Assembly (NCBI GenBank): GCA_963762775.1
Contig: CAVXMD010000009.1
Location: forward strand, 2,897 to 66,896
Source of the DNA: an uncultured Actinomycetota bacterium
GTDB taxonomy: Bacteria; Actinomycetota; Actinomycetes; Propionibacteriales; Propionibacteriaceae
Reading direction: 5' to 3'
DNA length: 64,000 nucleotides
Numbering within the stretch: the stretch's first letter is position 1; each line of letters begins with the position of its first letter. Both the position numbers and the translations under genes were made by a program. The notes under the pieces were generated by a model, which ran no database searches, was not told where the DNA came from, and was given only the letters and a program-made list of their open reading frames with translations. Below are positions 1-10,191 of this stretch, piece by piece.

Positions 1-1149
<1,149 letters not shown>

Positions 1150-1162
1150 CCGACCGACGTAC

Positions 1163-1390
1163 CGCCCGAGGGACGAGGGCTTGGTTCGCCGGAACAGACG
1201 TTGGTGGGAGCGCCGCCGAATCGCCCGAGGGACGAGGGCTTGGTTCGCCGGAACAGACGTTGGTGGGAGCGCCGACGAACCGCCGAGGGACGAGGGCTTA
1301 GTTCGCCGGAAGATACGTTGGTGGGAGCGCCGCCGAATCGCCCGAGGGACGAGGGCTTGGTTCGCCGGAACAAGGGGTCGTGGGAGCGGA
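1163..1390. repeat. Intergenic tandem repeat, about 3.9 copies of a 58-59 bp unit (CGCCCGAGGGACGAGGGCTTGGTTCGCCGGAACAGACGTTGGTGGGAGCGCCGCCGAAT)
   Basis: Unit starts read directly at 1163, 1222, 1281 and 1339. Copies 1 and 2 differ at about two positions near the unit's 3' end, copy 3 has a 1-nt deletion and a few substitutions, and copy 4 degenerates at its 3' end. There are no spacers, so this is not CRISPR. Confidence 0.9.
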
Positions 1391-1437
1391 GCGACCTCGA
1401 GCTTCGCCCGGCTGAGCCGGTGCTGACATACTCGACC

Positions 1438-1546
1438 GTTGGAGGGAGTATTCCCCGCGACGGCATCGTCAACACGGACCACGGGGACAGCATCGTCCCG
1501 GACCCGGTGCCCTCGGTCAGCCCGGCTGGCGGAAGAGACCTCCGAG
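1438..1546 (+). promoter_or_regulatory. Candidate yybP-ykoY (Mn2+) riboswitch leader of terC
   Basis: 5' GGAGGGAGUA (1441-1450) resembles the conserved GGGGAGUAG loop. 3' GGAAGAGACCUCC (1531-1543) resembles the conserved AAGAGACC element, and GGAGG/CCUCC can close P1. An internal CCCCG...CGGGG stem is present. It lies ~45 nt upstream of a TerC-family gene, the classic yybP-ykoY association. No covariance model was run. Confidence 0.45.
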
Positions 1547-1590
1547 ACGCTTCTGTGTTCCCAGCCCCCGTCTGGGAAGGTCAGCTCTGC

Positions 1591-2590
1591 ATGGACGTCC
1601 ACGGTTACGCCTGGGCCGCCACGATCGCGATCATGGTGGCCATCCTCGGCTTCGACATCTTCGTCATCGGCCGACGGCCGCACGAACCCTCGATGAGGGA
1701 GGCGGGGACGGCGATCGCCGTCTTCGTCGGCCTGGCGGTCGTCTTCGGGCTGGGGGTGTGGGGTGTCTCCGGACCGCGGTACGCGGGCGAGTTCTTCGCC
1801 GGCTGGCTGACGGAGTACAGCCTGTCGATCGACAACCTCTTCATCTTCCTGATCATCATGGCCAAGCTGAAGGTGCCGCGCGGTCTGCAGCAGTTCGCGC
1901 TGCTCGTCGGAATCGTGCTGGCCCTGGTCTTCCGCGGCATCTTCATCGCGGTCGGCGCGGCGGCCATCGACCGCTTCAGCTGGGTCTTCTTCCTCTTCGG
2001 CGCCTTCCTGCTCTACACCGCCGTCCGGCTGGTCCTGGAGTACCGCAACCACGATGACGACGAGGACGCGCCCGACAACCTCCTGCTGCGTTTCGTCCGG
2101 CGGCGCTTCCCCTCGACCGACGACTTCGACGGTCCGCACCTGACCGTCAAGCGGGACGGCAAGCGGCTGATCACCCCGATGCTGATCGTCATCGTCTCCC
2201 TCGGCAGCACCGACCTGCTGTTCGCGCTCGACTCGATCCCCGCCATCTACGGCCTCACGCAGGAGCCGTACCTCGTCTTCACGGCGAACGTCTTCGCCCT
2301 GATGGGCCTCCGCCCTCGACTTCCTGCTCGGCGGCCTGCTGCGCAAGCCCGTGTACCTGTCGCTCGGGCTCTCGTTGATCCTGGCCTTCATCGGCGTGAA
2401 GCTCGTCTTCCACGCGCTGCACGAGTACCACCTCGACGACCGCCTCGGGATCCCGTTCAGCCTGGAGATCCCGATCTGGCTCTCGCTCCTCGTCATCATC
2501 GGCACCCTGGCGATCACCGGTGGCGAGCCTGGTAAGTCGCGCTGGGACGAGGACCACGCGGAGCCCACCGGGTCCGGGACGCCCGCCTGA
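1591..2590 (+). pseudogene. terC: TerC-family integral membrane protein, at least one frameshift near 2312-2316
   Basis: MDVHGYAWAATIAIMVAILGFDIFVIG...EYSLSIDNLFIFLIIM...STDLLFALDSIPAIYGLTQEPYLVFTANVFALMGLR runs in the 1201..2535 frame. It continues as (A)LDFLLGGLLRKPVYLSLGLSLILAFIGVKLVFHA in the 2351..2590 frame. Confidence 0.85.
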
Positions 2591-2623
2591 GCGCGGCCCG
2601 GCCGCGGCCGACCCAAAACAAGA

Positions 2624-2716
2624 GGAAGTCCGGAACCGCCGGCGCGGGGGTTCAGGTAGGGACGGACTTCCCGTGTGACGGACGAGGATGATGCTCGGGG
2701 GTTCATCACCCTCGTC
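2624..2716. other. Two strong stem-loops in the convergent terC / marR intergenic region
   Basis: GGAAGTCCG (2624-2632) pairs with CGGACTTCC (2663-2671). GACGAGGATGATG (2681-2693) pairs with CATCACCCTCGTC (2704-2716) with one mismatch. They may act as bidirectional terminators. Confidence 0.5.
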
Positions 2717-2732
2717 CGACATCAATTACTTT

Positions 2733-2784
2733 AGGACACGTTCTGATGTTCGTGTCACCATTCGCGTGTCCTCAAGAGGACACA
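2733..2784. repeat. Four half-sites of the motif AGGACAC / GTGTCCT in an unusually AT-rich stretch
   Basis: AGGACACG at 2733, CGTGTCAC at 2751, CGTGTCCT at 2765 and AGGACAC at 2778. They form two successive hairpins or a protein-binding array, and local GC is clearly below the window norm. Confidence 0.6.
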
Positions 2785-2828
2785 GCCGGAATCTGACATC
2801 CAGCGGCGGGACGAGCGGTCTCGAGCAC

Positions 2829-3373
2829 TCAAGCCGGTAGGACGGCCACCTCCTGGAGGTCCTCGATCAGGTGGTCGTCCGCCGTACGGCTCACGAGGTC
2901 ATCCGCGATGAGGGCGAGCCAGCGGGGCAGATGACCGCTGGCCGTCGGGGTCGACGTGGTCCAGGCTCGCGGTGAGCCACCGGCGGCTCTCCTTGACCAG
3001 TGCCGCGCCACGACCGGTCAGCCGGAAGGTCATCGCCCGCCGGCGGTCGCGGGGGTGCCGCACCCGTACGGCGACGCCCTCGGCGCTCCAGCCGGTCGAC
3101 CAGAGCCGTGGAAGCGCTGCTGGTGAGCCCGAGGCTGGCGGGCCATGGCCGACTGCCCGGTCTCGCCGTGCACCGCGAGGTAGGTGAGGGCCTGGCTCTC
3201 GGTGGTCCCCAGTCCGACGACCTCCCCGACCACCTGGCGGAAGTGCTCGCCGGCGAGGAAAGAGGGGCGCGGAGGTTCCGTACGGCGTCGTCCATCAGCT
3301 GGTCGCGTTCGTCGGCGATGAGGGGCTCCTGGAGCAGGGGTGTCGCCGGGCGACGACGTCGGGTGAGGGCCAT
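2829..3373 (-). pseudogene. MarR-family transcriptional regulator, at least four frameshifts
   Basis: The minus-strand reading is pieced from three frames: [37 protein letters not shown] / VVGEVVGLGTTESQALTYLAVHGETGQSAMARQ / LGLTSSASTALVDRLERRG / ...HPRDRRRAMTFRLTGRG... / LALIADDLVSRTADDHLIEDLQEVAVLPA. The winged-helix MarR signature is recognisable. Confidence 0.75.
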
Positions 3374-3487
3374 GCCCGACCGGAAGGGCCCGGGGCTCTC
3401 CCCCAACGGGAGCCCGCAGACCTCGTTCCGTGTCGAACGCCCGGCAGTTCCTCCGACGTACTACCTGCTGGCGCCCACAACGCTAGC

Positions 3488-3542
3488 AAGCGATCGCTTC
3501 ACCACTGAGCAACTTCACCAAGAAAAGAATCAACAGTTGCTG
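3488..3542. promoter_or_regulatory. Candidate marR promoter/operator region
   Basis: A perfect 12 bp palindrome AAGCGATCGCTT (3488-3499) is present. A 7 bp inverted repeat AGCAACT (3508-3514) / AGTTGCT (3535-3541) flanks an AT-rich 20 nt spacer. The region lies 115-170 nt upstream of the marR start on the minus strand. Confidence 0.35.
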
Positions 3543-3553
3543 CATCAAGCACA

Positions 3554-3586
3554 GGGGCGACGACCCTGCCTGTCGTCCGTCGCCCC
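3554..3586 (-). terminator. Stem-loop downstream of lon
   Basis: GGGGCGACGAC ... GTCGTCCGTCGCCCC is a GC-rich stem with one bulge, 23 nt after the lon stop. The minus-strand tail CUGUGCUUGAUG is only moderately U-rich. Confidence 0.5.
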
Positions 3587-3608
3587 GGTGCTCCCGCTGG
3601 AGCCGACC

Positions 3609-5969
3609 TCAGGCGGCGCGCACCGCCGAACCCTCCGCCACCGGCTCGATCGCCGCGGCGACGAGGTCGGCGACGTCGCCGGTCAGGACCACCCGGACGG
3701 CGTCGGTCACCTCCGACGGCACCTCGTCCAGGTCGGCGCGTTGCGCGCCGGCAGGAACACCGTGGTGAGCCCGGCCCGCTGGGCGGCGAGCAGCTTCTGC
3801 TTGACCCCGCCGATCGGCAGGACCCGGCCGCTGAGGGTGACCTCGCCGGTCATCCCCACCTCGCCGCGGACCGGACGCCGGTCGCCATCGAGGTCAGCGC
3901 CGTCACCATCGTGACGCCCGCGGACGGCCCGTCCTTGGGGACGGCACCGGCCGGCACGTGCAGGTGGATCGGGCGGTCGAGCACGGCGGGGTCGATCCCG
4001 AGCTGCTCGGCGTGCGCGCGGACGTAGGAGAGCGCGATGTGCGCCGACTCCTTCATGACGTCACCCAGCTGACCGGTCAGGGTCAGCCCGCCGCCGCTCC
4101 CCGAGCCGGTCGTCGGGCCGGGCAGCACGCTCGCCTCCATGAACAGCACGTCCCCACCCATGCCGGTGACCGCCAGGCCCGTCGCCACCCCGGGGACCGA
4201 GGTCCGCTCGTGCGCCTCCGGGGTGAAGCGGGGCCGGCCGAGGAAGTCGCGCAGGTTGTCCTTCGTGATCCGCAGCGGGCCGTCGGCCCCCTCCGGACCC
4301 GCCTGGGACAGCCGCGTGGTCGCCTTGCGCAGCGCCTTGGCCAGCAGGCGCTCGAGCTGGCGGACGCCGGGCTCGCGGGTGTAGTCGGCCGCGATCTCGC
4401 GCAGGACGCCTCGTCGTCGACGATGACCTCGTCGGCCGTCAGCGCCGCGCGCTCCAGCTGCCGGGGGAGCAGGTGCTCGCGGGCGATGATCACCTTGTCG
4501 TCCTCGGTGTAGCCGTCGAGGGTGACCAGCTCCATCCGGTCCAGCAGGGCCGACGGGATGGTCTCGATCGACGTTCGCCGTGGCGAGGAACAGCACGTCG
4601 GACAGGTCGAGGTCGAGCTCGAGGTAGTGGTCGCGGAACGTGTGGTTCTGCGCGGGGTCGAGCACCTCGAGCAGGGCGGCCGACGGGTCGCCGCGGTAGT
4701 CCGAGCCGACCTTGTCGATCTCGTCGAGCAGCACGACCGGGTTCATCGAACCCGCCTCGCCGATCGCGCGGACGATCCGGCCCGGGCAGCGCGCCCACGT
4801 ACGTGCGCCGGTGCCCGCGGATCTCGGCCTCGTCGCGGACGCCGCCGAGGGCGACGCGGACGAACTTCCGGCCCAGCGCCCGGGCGACGGACTCGCCGAG
4901 CGAGGTCTTGCCCACGCCGGGAGGGCCGGCCAGCACCATCACCGCGCCGGAGCCGCGGCCGCCGACGAGCTCGAGGCCGCGCGAGGCGCGCCGGGCGCGG
5001 ACGGCGAGGTACTCGACGATCCGGTCCTTGACGTCGTCCAGCCCGTGGTGGTCGGCGTCGAGCACCGCGCGAGCGGCGCCGAGGTCGGTCGAGTCGGTCG
5101 GTCGTGACCGACCAGGGCAGGTCGAGGACGGTGTCGAGCCAGGTACGGATCCAGCCGGACTCCGGGCTCTGGTCGCTGGCGCGCTCGAGCTTGCCGACCT
5201 CGCGGAGCGCGGCGGCGCGGACGTCGTCGGGCAGGTCGGCGGCCTCGACGCGGCCGCGGTAGTCGTCGGCCCCCTCGGGCTCGTCCTCGCCCAGCTCCTT
5301 GCGGATGGCGCTGAGCTGCTGGCGCAGCAGGAACTCGCGCTGGCACTTCTCCATTCCCTCGCGGACGTCGCCGGCGATCTTGTCGTTGACCTCGGTCTCG
5401 GCGATGTGGGTGGTGACCCACTCGACGAGCACGCGCAGCCGGTCGGCGACGTACGGGGTCTCGAGCAGCTGACGCTTCTGCTCGTCGGTGAGCCACGACG
5501 CGTAGCCGGCCAGGTCGGCCAGGGCGCCGGCGTCGGTGACCTTGTTGACGGTGTCGATGACCTGCCAGGCGTCGCGGCGCTGGAGCGTGGCGATCAGCAG
5601 GCGCTTGTACTCGGCGGCGAGCTTGCGGACCTCGTCGGTCTCGAAGGTCGGGTCGAGCTCCTCGGCCTCGATCCAGAGCGCGGTGCCGGGGCCGGACACG
5701 CCGGAGCCGATCTTCACCCGGCGGTCGGCGTTGAGCACGGCGGCGGGCTCGCCGCTCTGCAGGCGGCCGAGCTGGACGATCGAGGCGACCACGCCGTACG
5801 AGGCGTAGCGGTCGTGCAGGCGGGGGGCGACGAGCAGGGTGTCGTCGCTGTGGGTGCGGGCGGTGTCCGTCGCGGCCTTCGCGGCGTCGTCCAGCTCGAC
5901 CGGCACGACCATGCCGGGCAGGACGACGAGGTCGTTGAGGAAGAGGACGGGCAGCTGGGTGGTGGTCAT
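3609..5969 (-). pseudogene. lon: ATP-dependent Lon protease, reading frame broken at least five times
   Basis: N-terminus MTTTQLPVLFLNDLVVLPGMVVPVELDD (4743..5969 frame). Walker [52 protein letters not shown] (4490..5065 frame). [43 protein letters not shown] and the protease domain [15 protein letters not shown] (3850..4746 frame). C-terminus [40 protein letters not shown] / [16 protein letters not shown] in two further frames, ending at TGA 3609-3611. Confidence 0.9.
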
Positions 5970-6003
5970 GCGGGGTGCCTCCGTTCGGGGTCGCCCAGCT
6001 CAC

Positions 6004-6024
6004 GTTGAGCGACATCCGCTCAAG
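6004..6024. promoter_or_regulatory. HAIR-type inverted repeat (HspR operator) upstream of lon
   Basis: GTTGAGC-GACATCC-GCTCAAG compares with the HAIR consensus CTTGAGT-N7-ACTCAAG. It lies 35-55 nt upstream of the lon start codon (5969, minus strand). Confidence 0.65.
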
Positions 6025-6216
6025 GCTGTCGCGATCCGATTTCTTCCCGCTGTTCCCCTGGGGCGAACACGCCTCGTCCGGGACGCGTCGGAGGGCGTCG
6101 TCGAGGGACGTCGAGCACCGCCCGACCCACCCGTCGGTGCGGACCCGACGTGTGGGCGGATCCCCCTCAGACGGGGGCACCCGGACGGTCCCTCGAGCGA
6201 ACCGGAGGTGGGCCTG

Positions 6217-6450
6217 ATGACGGGTGAACCGCAGCGTCCTGGGACGTCGGAGCGGCAGCGGCACGCCGAGGCCACGTACGAGCGGCTGTTCGGGCCCCGG
6301 GACACCGGCGCGCCGGACGACGACCCGGAGCTCGGCGAGATCCTGCGCCGCTTCATCTTCGGCGACGTGTTCGACACCGGGGTCCTCGACGACCGCGCCC
6401 GCGAGCTGATCACGGTGACCGTCCTGGCCTGCCTCCACGGCGGCCGCCTC
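6217..6450 (+). pseudogene. Carboxymuconolactone decarboxylase (CMD/AhpD-like) family gene, 3'-truncated N-terminal fragment
   Basis: GGAGG sits 8 nt upstream of ATG 6217. MTGEPQRPGTSERQRHAEATYERLFGP...PELGEILRRFIFGDVFDTGVLDDRARELITVTVLACLHG. Homology stops at about 6450, where the frame runs antisense into the next gene. Confidence 0.6.
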
Positions 6451-6468
6451 GTGACCGCTCCGACCGAG

Positions 6469-7371
6469 TCAGAGACCTTCAAAGGCGGGGATGACGTCGA
6501 GGAGGAGGTAGTTGTAGATCTCTACCAGGAAATCCCAGAGCATCCGCCCGCCCGCGGTCCCGTCACTACGGAAAGCCACGTAGTGAGCGAAAAGGAATTC
6601 CGGGTCCGCTTCAAAATATCCAGTCGGATTATAGTCGATTCCTGCGATTACATCGCCATCTTGAAATGTCTCGTTCCAGAAGTAGGGTCCGTTCATCCCA
6701 CCGATGACGTGGATGGAGCGGGCCGTCATCTGGTGGCGGAAGCTCGCGCCGCCGGCCGCGATCGTCCCCTGGTGCTTGTCGTCGTTCCAGAGGCGGTTGA
6801 GGATCCACAAGAGGTCCCGACTCGGGTCGTCCTGCTGCGTCATGAACGGCTGGAAGCGCTCGACGACCTTGCCGACGTCGAGCGAGACGGAGCGCACGGC
6901 TCGAGCGCCTTGCAGCTCCCAGCACTGCCGGTCCCCGTCGCGCTCGCGGATGAGGAGGATGGGGAAGGTCAGGGTCTTGTTGGCCGGTGGCTCGTGGTGC
7001 CGCCGCGCGAACTGCCACATCAGGTTGTCGAGCGCCGCCCGCATGTTGTGGATGGCGTCGCCTGCGATCAGACCCAGGCTGGCGGGCGGCTCGCGTCGGA
7101 GCTTGCCCCGGACGAGATAGCGGCCTTGTTCACGATCGTGATCGATCACGGCTTCGAACGGTTCCGATTCGATGAACACCCGGACTTCAATCTCGAGTGC
7201 GTCGAGGTGGGCACGAGCACGTTCGAGCCGTTGGTAGGCGAGGTCGGTCGGGTGCACGTCCATCGGCCCGGGTAACGGCCGGCGCTTGGGGTACGGCGGT
7301 GGTGACCACGGCTCCGGCTGACCGTGGAATACCTCGAACCCTGCAAAGTCCGGCTCGCGTTCCATCGGCAT
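6469..7371 (-). CDS. Hypothetical protein (~300 aa), uninterrupted ORF, lower GC toward its 3' end; no family recognised
   Basis: The ORF 6469..7431 is uninterrupted. The preferred start is ATG 7371 (MPMEREPDF...), preceded by GAGGAGGAGAG. Coding-like codon pattern throughout. Motifs GDAIHNMRAALDNLMWQF and NRLWNDDKHQG. Ends ...DVIPAFEGL with TGA. Confidence 0.7.
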   Translation of the reverse strand: MPMEREPDFAGFEVFHGQPEPWSPPPYPKRRPLPGPMDVHPTDLAYQRLERARAHLDALEIEVRVFIESEPFEAVIDHDREQGRYLVRGKLRREPPASLGLIAGDAIHNMRAALDNLMWQFARRHHEPPANKTLTFPILLIRERDGDRQCWELQGARAVRSVSLDVGKVVERFQPFMTQQDDPSRDLLWILNRLWNDDKHQGTIAAGGASFRHQMTARSIHVIGGMNGPYFWNETFQDGDVIAGIDYNPTGYFEADPEFLFAHYVAFRSDGTAGGRMLWDFLVEIYNYLLLDVIPAFEGL

Positions 7372-7423
7372 CCGATCTCTCCTCCTCAGACGTCCAACCC
7401 GCCCCCACGAATGTGCCGACGAT

Positions 7424-8708
7424 ATGACCAACCTGGACTACGAGACGGCGCTCCTCGGCGCCGTCCTCCGCGGCTACCCCGACCTGGCTGGCCTTGCTAG
7501 GACGGTCGGCCCCGACGACTTCGCCCTCCTGCGCCACGCCGACATCTGGCAGGCCGCGCTGGCCGTCGACCGCGCCGGCGACGTCGGACCCGCTCACCGT
7601 CCGCGCCCGGATGGGCAGCGCGGTCGACAAGCTGCCCGGCGGCCCGGTGTACCTCACTGAGCTCGACGCCCCAACGAACGCGTCGGCGCCGTTCTACGCC
7701 GCCCAGGTCCGCGAGATCTCCGTACGCCGGCAGGTCCGCGACCTCGGCGCCCGGCTGCAGCAGCGCGCGGAGACCGATCTCGACCAGGCCCCCGAGGACC
7801 TGGTCGCCGATGTCTGTCGCCTTGCCGACACGATCTCGACCCCTGACCGGCACGGCGACGTCCGGACGGCGCTGGAGAAGGTCATTGACATCGCCAAGCA
7901 CGGCGAGCCCGCCGCGACCCCGACGCCGTGGACGTCGCTGACGGAGATGCTGGGCGAGTTCTACCCGGGCCAGCTGGTCACCTTCGGCGCCCGCCCGGGC
8001 GTGGGGAAGTCGATCGCGCTGGAGAACATCGCGACCCACATCGTCCACACCACGGGCCGCTACGTCGCCTACTGCTCCCTGGAGATGGCCGCGTCCGAGG
8101 TGCTGCAGCGGACCCTCGCCCACACGGCCGGTGTCGACCTGACGCGGCTGCGCCGCGGGATGTGCGACGACCGCGACTGGCAGAAGATCAGCAACAGCAC
8201 CGACCTGATCGGGCAGCTGCCGTACCGCTTCCAGGACTTCCGGCCCCAGACGATGACCGACATCTGGGCCCACGCCCGCGAGACCGCCCAGGAGGCGAAG
8301 CGCCTCGGCCGCGAGCTCGGCGCCGTGGTCGTCGACTACGTCCAGCTGATCAAGGGCACCAGCACGAACCGGAACATCACCCGCCAGCAGGAGGTCGGGT
8401 CGTTCACCCGCGAGCTGAAGAACCTCGCCGGCGAGCTCAGGTCCCCGTCATCACCGGCGCCCAGCTCTCCCGCGCCGGCGCGAACCGCGCCTCCGGCATC
8501 CCGCTCCTGTCCGACCTCCGCGAAGCCGGCGACATCGAGCAGGACTCCGACGTCGTCGTGTTCCTCCATGAGGAAGAGGTCGAGGACTCCGGCCGCCTCA
8601 TCAAGACCGGCGAGACTCGACCTGATCGTCGCCAAGCAGCGCTCCGGCCCGACCGGCACCCGCCGCGTCCGCAAGGCCGGCCACTACGCCCGCATCTACG
8701 AAGGATGA
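7424..8708 (+). pseudogene. DnaB-family replicative helicase (phage type), at least three frameshifts
   Basis: MTNLDYETALLGAVLRGYPDLAGLARTVGPDDFALLRHADIWQAALAV, then GARPGVGKSIALENIATHIVHTTGRYVAYCSLEMAASEVLQRTLA...VVVDYVQLIKGT. LQVPVITGAQLSRAGANRASGIPLLSDLREAGDIEQDSDVVVFLH is in another frame, then LIVAKQRSGPTG...ARIYEG. Frame switches near 7595, 8440 and 8620. Confidence 0.85.
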
Positions 8709-9015
8709 CCGCCATGCCCGAGACGCTCGACCCCGCCGCCGTCATGGCCGCGCACCAGCCTGGAGGCGCGCGCGGATCAGACTGCGCGACGGCAACGACG
8801 GGTACGACATCCCGTGGCCCTGCGAGCCGTACCGCTTGGCCGAGACGCTGGCCGCCGAGCAGGCCAAGGTGGCGCGCGTCGAAGCCGAAATTCACCACGC
8901 CGAGGACAACGGGCACGTGGTCGTTGGGCAGGGCATCACGCGCCCTGTCCCGGGCGTCACCATCACCTACGTCCGCGCCGCCCTCGCTCCTCAGCTCACG
9001 AAGGGGCACGCCTGA
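8705..9015 (+). pseudogene. Small phage-like hypothetical protein, frameshifted near 8760
   Basis: The ATG overlaps the helicase stop (ATGA). MTAMPETLDPAAVMAAHQ then ...RLRDGNDGYDIPWPCEPYRLAETLAAEQAKVARVEAEIHHAEDNGHVVVGQGITRPVPGVTITYVRAALAPQLTKGHA. Confidence 0.5.
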
Positions 9016-9265
9016 TGCTTCGGGTCACGCTGCACGTCAACAGCGACCGGATCGCCGACTACGAAGTTCGGCGCATCAACAGCACCGACCGCCGACCTGA
9101 GCCGGACGACATCAACGTCTACGCGGTCAGCGCGATCCCGTCGATGCACCAGATCGGGGCCGTCGACCACCGCTACGGCGACGGAGCCCACCAACTCGCT
9201 GGACCGCGGTGCTCGACCTGGCTCGCCACCACCCCACCCCCGATGAGGAGCAGCAGACCGCGTGA
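9015..9265 (+). pseudogene. Small phage-like hypothetical protein, frameshifted near 9195
   Basis: The ATG overlaps the preceding stop. MLRVTLHVNSDRIADYEVRRINSTDRRPEPDDINVYAVSAIPSMHQIGAVDHRYGDGAHQLA then WTAVLDLARHHPTPDEEQQTA. GTGA overlap with the next gene. Confidence 0.5.
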
Positions 9266-10166
9266 CGACCCCCAGCAGCACGCCCATCACCCCTCAGCAG
9301 AAGACCGAGCGAGCACCCCCGCCGCCCGTCCCGCCGGTGGCGCGGCCTGCGCGACCTCGACCCGATCATCGTCAACTGCCGCGACCACCACCAGGCCAAC
9401 GGCCCGACCGAGCAGCGCACCGGCCTGTGCGACGGCTGCCTCGCCGACTTCGAGCTCGTCCTGTCCGACGTGCCGTACCTCCTCGACGACCTGGACGTCG
9501 CCATCAGCGGGCAGGTCGAGTTCGTCGAGCGCGGCCAGCGCCGCGACCAGACCGAGGAGGAGCAGCTGCGCGGCGGCGGCAACCCGGCCGTCTCCGCCCA
9601 CGACCGCCTCGTCCGCGCGCTCCAGCTCGCCGGCGACTGGCTCGACGCCCGCCACCCCGAGCAGCTCGCCCTCGAGCTCCGCCGCGTCCTGCCCGAGCTC
9701 GCCGACGAGCCGCTCCTACGCCGCGTCGCCCGCGAGGTCTCCCAGGCCGCATCCCGCGCGCACCGCGTTACCGACGGCCCGCAGACCTCTGGTACTACGG
9801 GCCCTGCCCGCTCTGCGGCGCAGACATCCTCCAGGAACGGATCCGCGAGGGCGACCGGGCACGCCTCGTCACCTGCCGCCGCTGCGAGTACGCCGACACC
9901 GCACCCGGGCACAACGCCACCCAGCTCAACGCCCGCCAGACGACTGGCTCCCCGACGGCGAGCGCCTCTCGACGCGCTCACCACGAACGGCAGCCCGTCA
10001 CCCGCCACCAGCTCAACGGCTGGATCCGCCGCCAAGGGCCTGCCTCGCGAGGAACGCTCCCGGCCCCGCTGGGTCAACGGCAACCTCCAGGTCAACCAGG
10101 TCTGGCGTACCGGTTGGCGACGTCCGAGACCTGGTTGACTGCGCAGCCGCACGACGCCACGCTTGA
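9262..10166 (+). pseudogene. Phage-like protein with a Cys4 zinc-ribbon segment and a possible C-terminal HTH, multiple frameshifts; 3' end uncertain (10138 or 10166)
   Basis: Pieces in three frames: TTPSSTPITPQQKTERAPPPPVPPVA; LRDLDPIIVNCRDHHQANGPTEQRTGLCDGCLADFELVLSDVPYLLDDLDVAISGQVEFVERGQRRDQ...RVAREVSQAASRAHRVTDGPQ; LWYYGPCPLCGADILQERIREGDRARLVTCRRCEY; VTRHQLNGWIRRQG. Confidence 0.45.
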
Positions 10167-10191
10167 CGGCAGGCGACATCGCTCGCTTTGG

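Noticed and set aside
1163-1390. Possible CRISPR array.
   Set aside because: The repeats are directly abutting with no unique spacers, the unit (58-59 bp) is too long, and no cas genes are in the window.
2688-2840. A 50-codon ORF (MMLGGSSPSSDINYFRTRSDV…) in the terC/marR intergenic region.
   Set aside because: It has no RBS, an atypical codon pattern without G/C third-position bias, and overlaps the hairpins. It is more likely non-coding.
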